Of a stretch of DNA of 64,000 bases, positions 35,418 through 44,077 are shown piece by piece. The stretch comes from an uncultured Lachnospiraceae bacterium (lineage in GTDB: Bacteria; Bacillota; Clostridia; Lachnospirales; Lachnospiraceae): positions 10,131 to 74,130 of the forward strand of contig CAMPAR010000002.1 in assembly GCA_946632055.1 (NCBI GenBank), in the 5' to 3' direction. Below the pieces are notes generated by a model. That model was given only the letters and a program-made list of their open reading frames with translations. It was not told where the DNA came from and searched no databases. The position numbers and the translations under genes are program-made. Positions within the stretch are counted from its first letter, which is position 1. Every line of letters begins with the position of its first letter.

Positions 35418-35449
35418 CTAAATTAGTCATCCGGAACCTGTCCCCGAAA

Positions 35450-36862
35450 TCAGACGGTTTCGACCCGGATGGTGTTGGTGTTGCCGGACTGGCCGTTGAT
35501 CCGGCCGCCGGTCAGGACGACGGCGTCGCCCTTCTGGAGCTTGAAGACGCTCTTCGCGTGCATGACTGCGAAGTGGAACATGACGTCCATCGAGTCGAAC
35601 TGCTCGGAAAGCACCGGAATCACGCCCCAGCTCAGGTTCAGCTTCCGCCAGGCCTTCTCCGAAGTCGTCATGCCGATGATATCGACCGGGCAGCGGAAGC
35701 GGCTGACGAAGCGCGCCGTGATGCCGGAGCGGGAGGATACGACGATGCCCTTCGCGTGGGTGTCGATCGCCATGGTGCAGACGGCGTGGGAGATGGCGTC
35801 GAGATTGTTCTTGATCGTGAACGGCGTGTTGTGGAACCATTCCTTGTAATCAATATTTTTCTCGGTATACTCGGCGATTTCGGCCATGCTGCGGACCGAT
35901 TCGACCGGGTATTTTCCTGCCGCGGATTCGCCGGAGAGCATGATCGCGGAGGTGCCGTCATAGACCGCGTTCGCGACGTCCGAGATTTCGGCGCGGGTCG
36001 GGCGCGGATTCTGGATCATCGACTCCAGCATTTCCGTCGCGGTAATGACGCGCTTTCCGCGGAGCCGGCACTGGTGGATCAGGTGCTTCTGAACCGCCGG
36101 CACTTCCACATAGGGGATTTCCACGCCGAGATCGCCTCTCGCCACCATGATGCCGTCCGCGATTTCGCAGATTTCATCGATATTGTCCACACCGGAGCGG
36201 TTTTCGATCTTGGCGATGATGTCGATATCCTGTCCGCCGTTTTCGTTGAGGAAGGTCCGCATCGCGATCATGTCGTCCTTCGTGGAGACGAAGGAGGCCG
36301 CGACGAAATCGACGTCATTTTTGATGCCGAAGAGGAGGTCGGACTTGTCCTGCTCGGAAAGGAAGTCGTTCGTCATCAGCTTATTCGGGAAGTTCATGCT
36401 CTTCCGGTCGGAAAGCACGCCGCCCGCGATGACCCGGCAGTGAATGTCCGGCTTCTCGATGGATTCGACCTCAAGGATGACGATGCCGTTCGCGATCAGG
36501 ACCCGGTCCCCGATGGAAAGATCGTCTGCGAGTCCTTCGTAGGAAACGGAAACGCGCTCCTGATTGCCGATGACGTCCTCGGTTGTGAGCGTGAAGTGAT
36601 CGCCGTCCTTCAGTGTTACAGACTTGTTTTCAAAGGTTTTGATGCGGTATTCGGGGCCCTTGGTATCGAGCATGATCGAAATCGGGAGGTCCAGCTCTTC
36701 GCGGACTTTCTTGATGGTGTCGATTTTCTGCTGATGCTCTTCATGGGTGCCGTGGGAGAAGTTCAGCCGCGCCACATTCATGCCGGCGAGGCACATTTTC
36801 TTCAGCACTTCCTCGGACTCGGACGCGGGACCGATCGTGCAGATGATTTTGGTCTTTCTCAT
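35450..36862 (-). CDS. pyk: pyruvate kinase
   Basis: 470 aa. MRKTKIICTIGPAS..MNVARLNFSHG and the rest is canonical. Confidence 0.95.
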   Translation of the reverse strand: MRKTKIICTIGPASESEEVLKKMCLAGMNVARLNFSHGTHEEHQQKIDTIKKVREELDLPISIMLDTKGPEYRIKTFENKSVTLKDGDHFTLTTEDVIGNQERVSVSYEGLADDLSIGDRVLIANGIVILEVESIEKPDIHCRVIAGGVLSDRKSMNFPNKLMTNDFLSEQDKSDLLFGIKNDVDFVAASFVSTKDDMIAMRTFLNENGGQDIDIIAKIENRSGVDNIDEICEIADGIMVARGDLGVEIPYVEVPAVQKHLIHQCRLRGKRVITATEMLESMIQNPRPTRAEISDVANAVYDGTSAIMLSGESAAGKYPVESVRSMAEIAEYTEKNIDYKEWFHNTPFTIKNNLDAISHAVCTMAIDTHAKGIVVSSRSGITARFVSRFRCPVDIIGMTTSEKAWRKLNLSWGVIPVLSEQFDSMDVMFHFAVMHAKSVFKLQKGDAVVLTGGRINGQSGNTNTIRVETV

Positions 36863-37104
36863 ATGAAATCACCTTTCTGTGTCATGATTGTTCTGCCTCA
36901 ATGTTTCTGTATTTCCATTGTAAATGATTTTGAACGGAAAATCAATGACAGACGCGCGCAAATCAGCGGAAAAGTTGCGTTTTTTAACGGCTTTTTAATG
37001 CATTCAGAAGCTTGACAGTACAGCAAGTTCGTGTCATAATGGGGAGCGGAAAGTCTTGAAAATCCCTGACTTTTCAGAAGATCAGAATGCAGAGGACATA
37101 ATAG

Positions 37105-37632
37105 ATGAATATCTGGCATGATATTGACGGAGCCCGGGTGCGTCCGGACGAATTTGTGGCGGTCATCGAAATCACGAAGGGCAGCCATGTCAAGTATGAA
37201 CTCGACAAGGAAACCGGTCTCCTCTCGATGGACCGGATCTTGTTTACCGCAACCCACTATCCGATGAATTACGGCTTTATTCCGAAGACCTACGGCGATG
37301 ATAAGGACCCGCTGGACGTGCTGGTGCTGTGCTCGGAGCCGATCATCCCGATGACGCTCGTGAAGTGCCGTCCGATCGGCGTCATGCGCATGGAGGACGA
37401 CGGCGCGGGCGACGAGAAGATCATCGCGATCCCGGTTGCCGATCCGACCTACATGAATTACAAGGACATTGACGAGCTGCCGAAGCATATCTTCGAGGAA
37501 ATGCAGCACTTCTTCCGGCATTACAAGAGTCTGGAGGGCAAGAAAACCGTTGTCAATGAGCTGGGCGGCGCGGATGACGCCATGCAGATCATTGAGGACT
37601 GCATCCGGAATTATCATTTGAAATTTGGCTGA
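37105..37632 (+). CDS. ppa: family I inorganic pyrophosphatase
   Basis: 175 aa. IEI.KGS..KYE.D, DGDP.D-type acidic motifs (YGDDKDPLDVLVL). Confidence 0.95.
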   Translation: MNIWHDIDGARVRPDEFVAVIEITKGSHVKYELDKETGLLSMDRILFTATHYPMNYGFIPKTYGDDKDPLDVLVLCSEPIIPMTLVKCRPIGVMRMEDDGAGDEKIIAIPVADPTYMNYKDIDELPKHIFEEMQHFFRHYKSLEGKKTVVNELGGADDAMQIIEDCIRNYHLKFG

Positions 37633-37633
37633 T

Positions 37634-38758
37634 ATGATCAAAGCATCTAGAATTGTATTGATATTACTTTCAGCAGCCGCTGTCTCTGCGACAGCGGCTC
37701 TTGCTGGCCGTCAGCCGGCTTCTGCCAATGAATCTGTGGACGCCTCCTTAAAAAGCGTTCTTGAGGCGGAAAACGCGCGGGATGTGATGGAAGTGCGGTC
37801 GGAGATCGTAGCCGCGGAAAGCTCCCGCGTGCAGGTCATCCAGGACTCCATCGACGCATCGGTATCGGAGAGCGAATCCGTGGAGGAGTCCGTGTCCATG
37901 TCGGAATCGGAGTCCTGGGCGGAGCGCGTGGCAGTCGTGCAGGCGCGGGCGTCTTCCATCGAGGAATCGATGTCGGAGTCCGCTTCCGAATCCGTGTCTG
38001 TCGAAGAATCCATTCAGGCCTCGATCGCGGAATCCGAAGCCATCGCGGCCTCGGAACAGGCGTCGCTGGAAGAGAGTAAGAGAGAGGAGAGCTCGGCGGA
38101 AGAGTCCCGGATCGCGGAAGAACAGAGAAGGGCGGAAGAAGAGCGCCAGGCGGCGGCTTTAGCCTCTCAGGCAGCCGCGCAGGCGCCTTCCGAGACGCCG
38201 GCCCCGGAGACCCAGCAGGTGGCTGAAGAAACAGCGCCTCCGGAAACCGCGCCTCCTGAAACCGCTCCTCCCGCGCCGGCGACGAGCGGGGTGACGGTGC
38301 TCATCGGCGACTCCAGGACCTACGGATTTGAAGCTTACGGACTGTACCCGGGGAATCTGGTCTTCTGGACGATGAACCCGGTCACGCTCGGCGACGGCAA
38401 TGTCCAGGCAGCGGCGGCGCTCGTTCCCGCGAAGGCGGTTTTCCTGAACGGTGTTGACGATATCTTAAACTACGGCGCAGGCGGCGCGATCGGCAATTAC
38501 GAAGGCTATATCGCCGCCTTCCAGTCCATGTCGCCGAACACGCAGATTTACGTCGGAGCGGTCGTCGCATCCACCGACCCGCGTCTTGGGGAAATTCCGA
38601 CCTGGAACGCGCTTGTCGCGGATATGTGCGCGCGTCACGGCTGGGGTTACATCGACGCTTCCGGCGGCGTATCGCCCGGCGCCGGCGACGGAATCCATTT
38701 TGACGGACCGAACACACAGGTTTGGCTGAACAACATCCGGGCCATGGCCGGATTCTGA
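37634..38758 (+). CDS. membrane-anchored extracytoplasmic SGNH/GDSL-type hydrolase or acyltransferase (paralog A)
   Basis: N-terminal TM, S/E-rich linker, then block I GDSRT, GVDD, and block V DGIHF. Confidence 0.6.
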   Translation: MIKASRIVLILLSAAAVSATAALAGRQPASANESVDASLKSVLEAENARDVMEVRSEIVAAESSRVQVIQDSIDASVSESESVEESVSMSESESWAERVAVVQARASSIEESMSESASESVSVEESIQASIAESEAIAASEQASLEESKREESSAEESRIAEEQRRAEEERQAAALASQAAAQAPSETPAPETQQVAEETAPPETAPPETAPPAPATSGVTVLIGDSRTYGFEAYGLYPGNLVFWTMNPVTLGDGNVQAAAALVPAKAVFLNGVDDILNYGAGGAIGNYEGYIAAFQSMSPNTQIYVGAVVASTDPRLGEIPTWNALVADMCARHGWGYIDASGGVSPGAGDGIHFDGPNTQVWLNNIRAMAGF

Positions 38759-38778
38759 CAGAAGGAGAGTCGGAAGTA

Positions 38779-39279
38779 ATGAAAGGACACCAGCTTGTTT
38801 TGAAAGGCGCTTTTATTCTGACGGCCCTTCTGTTTATCCTGGCCTTCGGCGCTTTTATCTATATGAGGATGCAGGAGCCGAAGCCCGTGGATGCGGATTT
38901 TTCCGAAATCCGCCGGGCGCTGGAGGACGAGGGGCTGACAGCGCGTTTTGAGGACGGAAACGAACTTCGCGTGAAGAACGCCTTCGGCCTCCTGACCTCT
39001 GATTATGAGGAGTTTCTCTATCTGTATCCTTCCTATTATCTCGACGTGGAGGAAATCCTGCTGGTCCGGCTTCCGGAAGGCGCGAAGGCGGAAACTGTCC
39101 GAAACGCCATGGAAGAGCGATTGACTCGGCAGAAGAACACCTTTGAGAATTACGGAACGGATCAGTTCAGTACGCTTCAGAACACGGTAATTTACGATAA
39201 CGGAACCTATGCGCTTTATTCGGCGGGGCATGAGGCCTCGGAATGCGCCCGGCTGATCCGCGGAATGATTGAGAGGTAG
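38779..39279 (+). CDS. small membrane-anchored protein, DUF4358-like
   Basis: Start at MKGHQLV. One TM. The C-terminal pattern (EEILLVRLPEGAKAETVRNAMEERL..QKNTFENY) resembles DUF4358 as I recall it. Confidence 0.45.
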   Translation: MKGHQLVLKGAFILTALLFILAFGAFIYMRMQEPKPVDADFSEIRRALEDEGLTARFEDGNELRVKNAFGLLTSDYEEFLYLYPSYYLDVEEILLVRLPEGAKAETVRNAMEERLTRQKNTFENYGTDQFSTLQNTVIYDNGTYALYSAGHEASECARLIRGMIER

Positions 39280-39281
39280 TT

Positions 39282-40664
39282 ATGGTTTTCAGCAGTACAG
39301 TCTTTGTCTTTTTCTTCCTGCCCCTCTGTCTTCTGTTTTATTATATCCTGCCGGGAAGAACCGCCAAAAACATCGTCCTTTTCCTGTTTTCCCTGCTTTT
39401 TTACGCCTGGGGCGAGCCGGTTTACATCCTCCTGATGCTCCTCTCCATCCTGATGAACTGGGGCTTCGGACTTTTCATGGACCGGATTCCCTCCTGGAAG
39501 AGCGAAATCATGGTGACGGCCGTTGTTTTGAACCTCCTGCTTCTCGGATTTTTCAAGTATTACGGGCTTTTCGTCGATACCCTGAACAGCCTCACGGGGC
39601 TTAGGATTCCCTCGCACGCGCTGCCGCTTCCGATCGGCATTTCCTTCTATACCTTTCAGGCACTTTCCTATATCATCGACCTGAAGCGCGGAAAGATCGG
39701 CGTTCAGAAGAACCCGATGCTGTTCGGGCTGTATATTACCATGTTTCCCCAGCTGATCGCCGGACCGATTGTGCGCTACGAGGACATCGAAAAGGAGCTG
39801 AAGGAGCGCACGGTGAACTTTGCCGGGCTCGGACGGGGCATGGTTTTCTTCGTCATCGGACTGGCGAAAAAGGTGCTTCTTGCGAATACGCTCGGCGCCC
39901 TGTTCGACGCGAGCGGACTTTCCGCCGGTCCCTCGCCGGTTCTTTCGTCCTGGACCGGGCTCATTGCCTACGGCCTGCAGATCTATTTTGACTTTTCCGG
40001 CTATTCGGATATGGCAATCGGCCTCGGCGAAATGCTCGGCTTCCACTTCATGGAGAATTTCCGGCTGCCGTACATTTCAAAGAGCGTCACGGAATTCTGG
40101 CGGCGCTGGCATATCTCGCTCGGCACCTGGTTTCGGGAGTATGTCTATATTCCGCTCGGCGGAAACCGGGTGAAGCCGCTTCGGCATGTGCTGAACATTC
40201 TGATCGTCTGGGCGCTGACGGGCTTCTGGCACGGCGCGTCCTGGAATTTCCTTCTGTGGGGCCTGTACTACGGCCTTCTCCTTCTCTTTGAAAAATATGT
40301 GCTGATGAAGTGGAAAAAGATGCCGGGATTCCTGCAGCATCTGTGGACGCTTCTCACGGTTTTCCTCGGATGGGGGCTGTTCCTCTGTACGACGAAGGAG
40401 GAGATTCTGATCGTTTTCAGGAATCTCTTCGGATGCGCGGGCGCCGGAATCACCGGCCCCGGAACCGGGTATCTGCTTCTTTCGAATGCGGCGGTGCTCG
40501 GAATTTCCGTTCTGTGCTGCCTTCCCTTTATGCGCTCGATGCGGGATCACCTCATGGAGCGGAGGAAAAAGCTGCTGATCCCCATCGGCCTGTTCCTGTT
40601 CCTCCTGTGTACCGCCTTCCTGGTGACGGAAAACTACAACCCCTTCCTGTATTTCCGTTTCTGA
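39282..40664 (+). CDS. MBOAT family O-acyltransferase (AlgI/DltB/PatA-like)
   Basis: 460 aa, polytopic. Conserved FWRRWHISL and GFWHG histidine motifs. Confidence 0.9.
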   Translation: MVFSSTVFVFFFLPLCLLFYYILPGRTAKNIVLFLFSLLFYAWGEPVYILLMLLSILMNWGFGLFMDRIPSWKSEIMVTAVVLNLLLLGFFKYYGLFVDTLNSLTGLRIPSHALPLPIGISFYTFQALSYIIDLKRGKIGVQKNPMLFGLYITMFPQLIAGPIVRYEDIEKELKERTVNFAGLGRGMVFFVIGLAKKVLLANTLGALFDASGLSAGPSPVLSSWTGLIAYGLQIYFDFSGYSDMAIGLGEMLGFHFMENFRLPYISKSVTEFWRRWHISLGTWFREYVYIPLGGNRVKPLRHVLNILIVWALTGFWHGASWNFLLWGLYYGLLLLFEKYVLMKWKKMPGFLQHLWTLLTVFLGWGLFLCTTKEEILIVFRNLFGCAGAGITGPGTGYLLLSNAAVLGISVLCCLPFMRSMRDHLMERRKKLLIPIGLFLFLLCTAFLVTENYNPFLYFRF

Positions 40665-40676
40665 ACCTGCTGATTG

Positions 40677-41837
40677 ATGGAGAAAAACGATATGTCGGAA
40701 ACACATGTTTCTAAAACCTACAGACTCCTCGGAATCCTGAGCTTTTTCCTGCTGATCGCGGTCATGGCCCTGCATCTTCTTCTGCCGGACCGGGACTACA
40801 GCGAGACGGAAAAGCGCGGACTTTCCCTGTTCCCGAAAATTACGAAGGATTCCCTTCTGGACGGCGAAGCCATGAGCAGTCTGGATTCCTACGCGGCGGA
40901 CCAGTTCCCGGAGCGGAGCCTTCTCATGAAGATCCGCATGAACCTTTCGATGTTCCTCGGAAAGCGCAAGTCGAACGGCGTCTTTTACGCCAAGGACGGA
41001 ACGCTCATCGAGAAATTCGAAGACTATGACGAGGAGCTGATGCGGGGGACGGCGGAAGCGCTGAACGCCTTCACCAAGCGGCACGGCTTCGAAAACTGCT
41101 TCCTTCTCCTCTCCCCGACGGCGGTTTCCGTTTATCCGGAGAAGCTGCCGGCTTTCGCCGAAACCGGAGACGAAAAAGCCTATATCAGCGAATTTGAGGC
41201 GCAGCTTTCCCCGGACTTCCGGATTCTTGATACGGATGAAGTGTATGAAGAACTGAAGGCGGAGGGAGAGGAGATCTTCTACCGGACCGACCACCACTGG
41301 CGCACGGAAACCGCTTACCGGATGTTCAGCGCATATGCGAAGGAATGCGGATGGAAAGAAGCCGGATTTAAGCCCGGTATCGTGACCAACCGCTTTTCCG
41401 GGTCGCTCGCCTCTAAGAGCGGATTTACGCCGAAGCAGCTGGACGAAATCACGGTTTATCACAATGAAACGCCCGGCTCGGACGTGCTGATCACGCACGC
41501 GAGCGAGGACTATGATTCCTTCGGAAGCTTCTATGATTACAGCAGGCTCGACAGCAGCAACCCTTATGAACTGTTTCTCGGGGGAAATGACCCGATTCTG
41601 ATCATTCAGACGACGGCGGACAGCAACCGGACGCTGCTCGTACTGAAGGATTCCTACGCGAACTGCTTTATTCCCTTCCTTCAGGAGAGCTACAAGACAA
41701 TCTGCGTGATCGACCCGCGCTATACCTCGGACAGCCTGGATCATATTTTAAGCGAAGCGGTTTATGACGACCTTCTGGTCCTATACAACGCGAATACCCT
41801 TTCTCAGGATGACAATCTGCGGATGATTCTGGAGTGA
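40677..41837 (+). CDS. DHHW-family protein (AlgJ/AlgX-like acetyltransferase partner)
   Basis: N-terminal TM. Signature YRTDHHW. Confidence 0.8.
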   Translation: MEKNDMSETHVSKTYRLLGILSFFLLIAVMALHLLLPDRDYSETEKRGLSLFPKITKDSLLDGEAMSSLDSYAADQFPERSLLMKIRMNLSMFLGKRKSNGVFYAKDGTLIEKFEDYDEELMRGTAEALNAFTKRHGFENCFLLLSPTAVSVYPEKLPAFAETGDEKAYISEFEAQLSPDFRILDTDEVYEELKAEGEEIFYRTDHHWRTETAYRMFSAYAKECGWKEAGFKPGIVTNRFSGSLASKSGFTPKQLDEITVYHNETPGSDVLITHASEDYDSFGSFYDYSRLDSSNPYELFLGGNDPILIIQTTADSNRTLLVLKDSYANCFIPFLQESYKTICVIDPRYTSDSLDHILSEAVYDDLLVLYNANTLSQDDNLRMILE

Positions 41838-41840
41838 GCG

Positions 41841-42683
41841 ATGAGAGAAAAAAGACTGAAGCAGCGAAGAATGTATATCCGGCGCCGGATCCTGTTTTTC
41901 GGCGGCATCGGTCTTCTCGCGGCGCTTTCCGCTTTTCTGTTCTGGAAATACCGGGAGAAGATCGGCGGCTGGGTGCAGGAACGGATCGCAGCCGTGCGGG
42001 AGGGCCCGGAAGAGAGTCCGGCGGTTTCCACTGCCGATTCCACCACGGAAAGTCCGCCGCCGTCCTCGGAGACGGAGCCGCCGACAACGGAAACGGAACC
42101 CGATACCGAATCATCCCCGGCTGAAACCTGGTCAATCGCGATTGGGCCGGCGCTCGAGGAATTCTCGAAAGCGGAGGGCGCGAGAATCTGGGTTGGAGAC
42201 TCGCGGACGGAAGCGCTCCGGATGAATGTGGCCTATGACCCGGAGCTTGACTTTTTCATTGCGAAGATCGGCGAAGGCTGGCGCTGGTTCTCGGGGGAAG
42301 CCCTTCCGTATCTGGAAGAAATGCTCCGGATCGGCAATACGGATACGGTCCTGATCGATCTCGGTGTCAACGACTGTGCGCTTTCCGTGACCTGGCCCGA
42401 GGAATTTCACGCGTCGGATTACGCGGCGGAAATTAACCGCCTGATCGACACCTATCCCGAGGTTCGTTTCTGCTTTTATTCGGTCTGTCCCTGCAGCGGA
42501 AGCTATGAGCGCCTGAACCCCGAAATCGACCGCTTCAACGCGGTGATGCAGGCGGAGTGCCGCGCGGAGTATATCGATACGGCAAATCTCCTGAAGTCGG
42601 AAGGCTTCGGCTCCCCGGACGGTCTGCATTACGATCAGGAAACCTGCGTCCGGATTTACAACTATGTGCTTGGAATTGAGTAA
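41841..42683 (+). CDS. membrane-anchored extracytoplasmic SGNH/GDSL-type hydrolase or acyltransferase (paralog B)
   Basis: TM, T/E/P-rich linker, GDSRT, GVNDC, DGLHY. Confidence 0.6.
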   Translation: MREKRLKQRRMYIRRRILFFGGIGLLAALSAFLFWKYREKIGGWVQERIAAVREGPEESPAVSTADSTTESPPPSSETEPPTTETEPDTESSPAETWSIAIGPALEEFSKAEGARIWVGDSRTEALRMNVAYDPELDFFIAKIGEGWRWFSGEALPYLEEMLRIGNTDTVLIDLGVNDCALSVTWPEEFHASDYAAEINRLIDTYPEVRFCFYSVCPCSGSYERLNPEIDRFNAVMQAECRAEYIDTANLLKSEGFGSPDGLHYDQETCVRIYNYVLGIE

Positions 42684-42702
42684 GAAAGGATGAGGAGAAA
42701 TC

Positions 42703-43902
42703 ATGATGAAGCCCTATGGCGTCGGCGTGATCGGCTGCGGTGCGATCAGCAGGACCTATTTGAAGAATATCACGGAGCGTTTTTCCATTCTGAAGCTGAT
42801 TGGCGTGGCGGACCCGGTGCCGGGGCGCGCGGAAAAAACGGCCGATGAATACGGCGGCAGAGCGATGACGAGCGAGGAGCTCCTGAACGACCCGGACGTC
42901 GATATTGTGGTCAATCTCACGAGCATCCCGAGCCACTATGAGGTGACAAAGGCCGCGCTGGAGCACGGGAAGCACGTCTACAGCGAAAAGATGATGGCGG
43001 ACAGCTTCGGGCGGGCGAAGGAGCTGTATGAGCTTGCGAAGGAGAAGAACCTTCGGATCGCCGTCGCGCCGGACACCTGTCTCGGCGGCGGATATCAGAC
43101 CGTACGGAAGCTTCTTGACGACGGCGTGATCGGCACGCCGCTTGCCGCAACGGCGGCGGTGGTACGCGGCTATCTCCCCGCGGGACCCGAGAGCGGGTGG
43201 CTCAGCAATGTCTTCTGCCCCGGCGGAACGATTCCCTACGACATGGGCAGCTACTTTATCAACGCGCTCCTCACGATCTTCGGCCCGGTGAAGCGGGTCA
43301 GCGGATTTGCGGCATCGACGAAAAAATACTTTACGCACCCCGCCAATCCGAATTACGGGCAGGAGCTTGTCATTAACGACCCGGATTCGCCGAACCTGAT
43401 GCAGGCCGCGATGGAATTCGAATCCGGCGTTCTCGCGACCCTCACGGCCGCGGATGCCGGGACGATGCTCTTCCCCGAGGAGGGCATCACGATTTACGGC
43501 ACGAAGGGGCGGCTGATCTGCCCGGATCCGGATCTTTTCGGCGGAGAAATCAAACTCTGCGTGGCCGGGGAACAGGAGTACCGGGTGATCCCGATGCTGC
43601 ACGGCTACAGCGGCCAGGAAACCGCGTTCCTCCCGGTGCCGGAGAACGAGGACCCGAGAGATGTGATCTGGCGTCACTCGCGGCGCGGCATCGGGGTCAC
43701 GGAGCTTGCGTGGGCCTTAAGGAACGGACGGCCGCAGCGGCTCTCGAACGAAATGGGACTGCATGCGATCGAGATCGTCCACGGCGCGGCGACAGCCTCG
43801 AGAACCGGCGTCTATTATACGATGACGACGCCGATGGAAAAGATGAAGCCGCTCCGTCCGGGCTTTATCGGCCCGGACGCGGAAGCGGTATTTGATGACT
43901 GA
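42703..43902 (+). CDS. Gfo/Idh/MocA family oxidoreductase (paralog 2)
   Basis: 399 aa. GVGVIGCGAIS. Alignable by eye with paralogs 1 and 3 along the N-terminal 130 aa. Confidence 0.85.
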   Translation: MMKPYGVGVIGCGAISRTYLKNITERFSILKLIGVADPVPGRAEKTADEYGGRAMTSEELLNDPDVDIVVNLTSIPSHYEVTKAALEHGKHVYSEKMMADSFGRAKELYELAKEKNLRIAVAPDTCLGGGYQTVRKLLDDGVIGTPLAATAAVVRGYLPAGPESGWLSNVFCPGGTIPYDMGSYFINALLTIFGPVKRVSGFAASTKKYFTHPANPNYGQELVINDPDSPNLMQAAMEFESGVLATLTAADAGTMLFPEEGITIYGTKGRLICPDPDLFGGEIKLCVAGEQEYRVIPMLHGYSGQETAFLPVPENEDPRDVIWRHSRRGIGVTELAWALRNGRPQRLSNEMGLHAIEIVHGAATASRTGVYYTMTTPMEKMKPLRPGFIGPDAEAVFDD

Positions 43903-44077
43903 GGAGCTGTTGCTCATTCGCTCCAGGACGGCGGCGGGTAAATGCCGGGAAGCTCTCGCTTTTCGTGTATAAATCCTTTTTCGAGGTCGAGTGGGACAGC
44001 ACTTCAAGCCAGCGGCAGAATTCAGTGCAGTATACGCCTTTTCGCTGCGCCTTTATAAACGGGAGAGAAGAAGCGAC

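Larger units (their letters stand above)
34367..35446 (+). mobile_element. RAYT cassette: REP-associated tyrosine transposase gene bounded by inverted family-R REP units
   Basis: Left: 2.5 tandem 34-bp units GGGGACAGGTTCCAAATGACTAATTTAGTCATCC (34367-34450). Right: inverted unit TGACTAAATTAGTCATCCGGAACCTGTCCCC (to 35446). Inner inverted repeat GGGACAGACC (34436-34445) / GGTCTGTCCC (35401-35410). The interior is AT-rich relative to its surroundings and has its own promoter and terminator. Confidence 0.8.

Noticed and set aside
35414-37015. 533-aa plus-strand ORF starting inside the right-hand REP (MTKLVIRNLSP..) and running antisense through pyk
   Set aside because: The start is created by the REP palindrome; the same peptide MT(K/N)LVIWNLSP appears wherever the repeat occurs. 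The rest is antisense to canonical pyruvate kinase.
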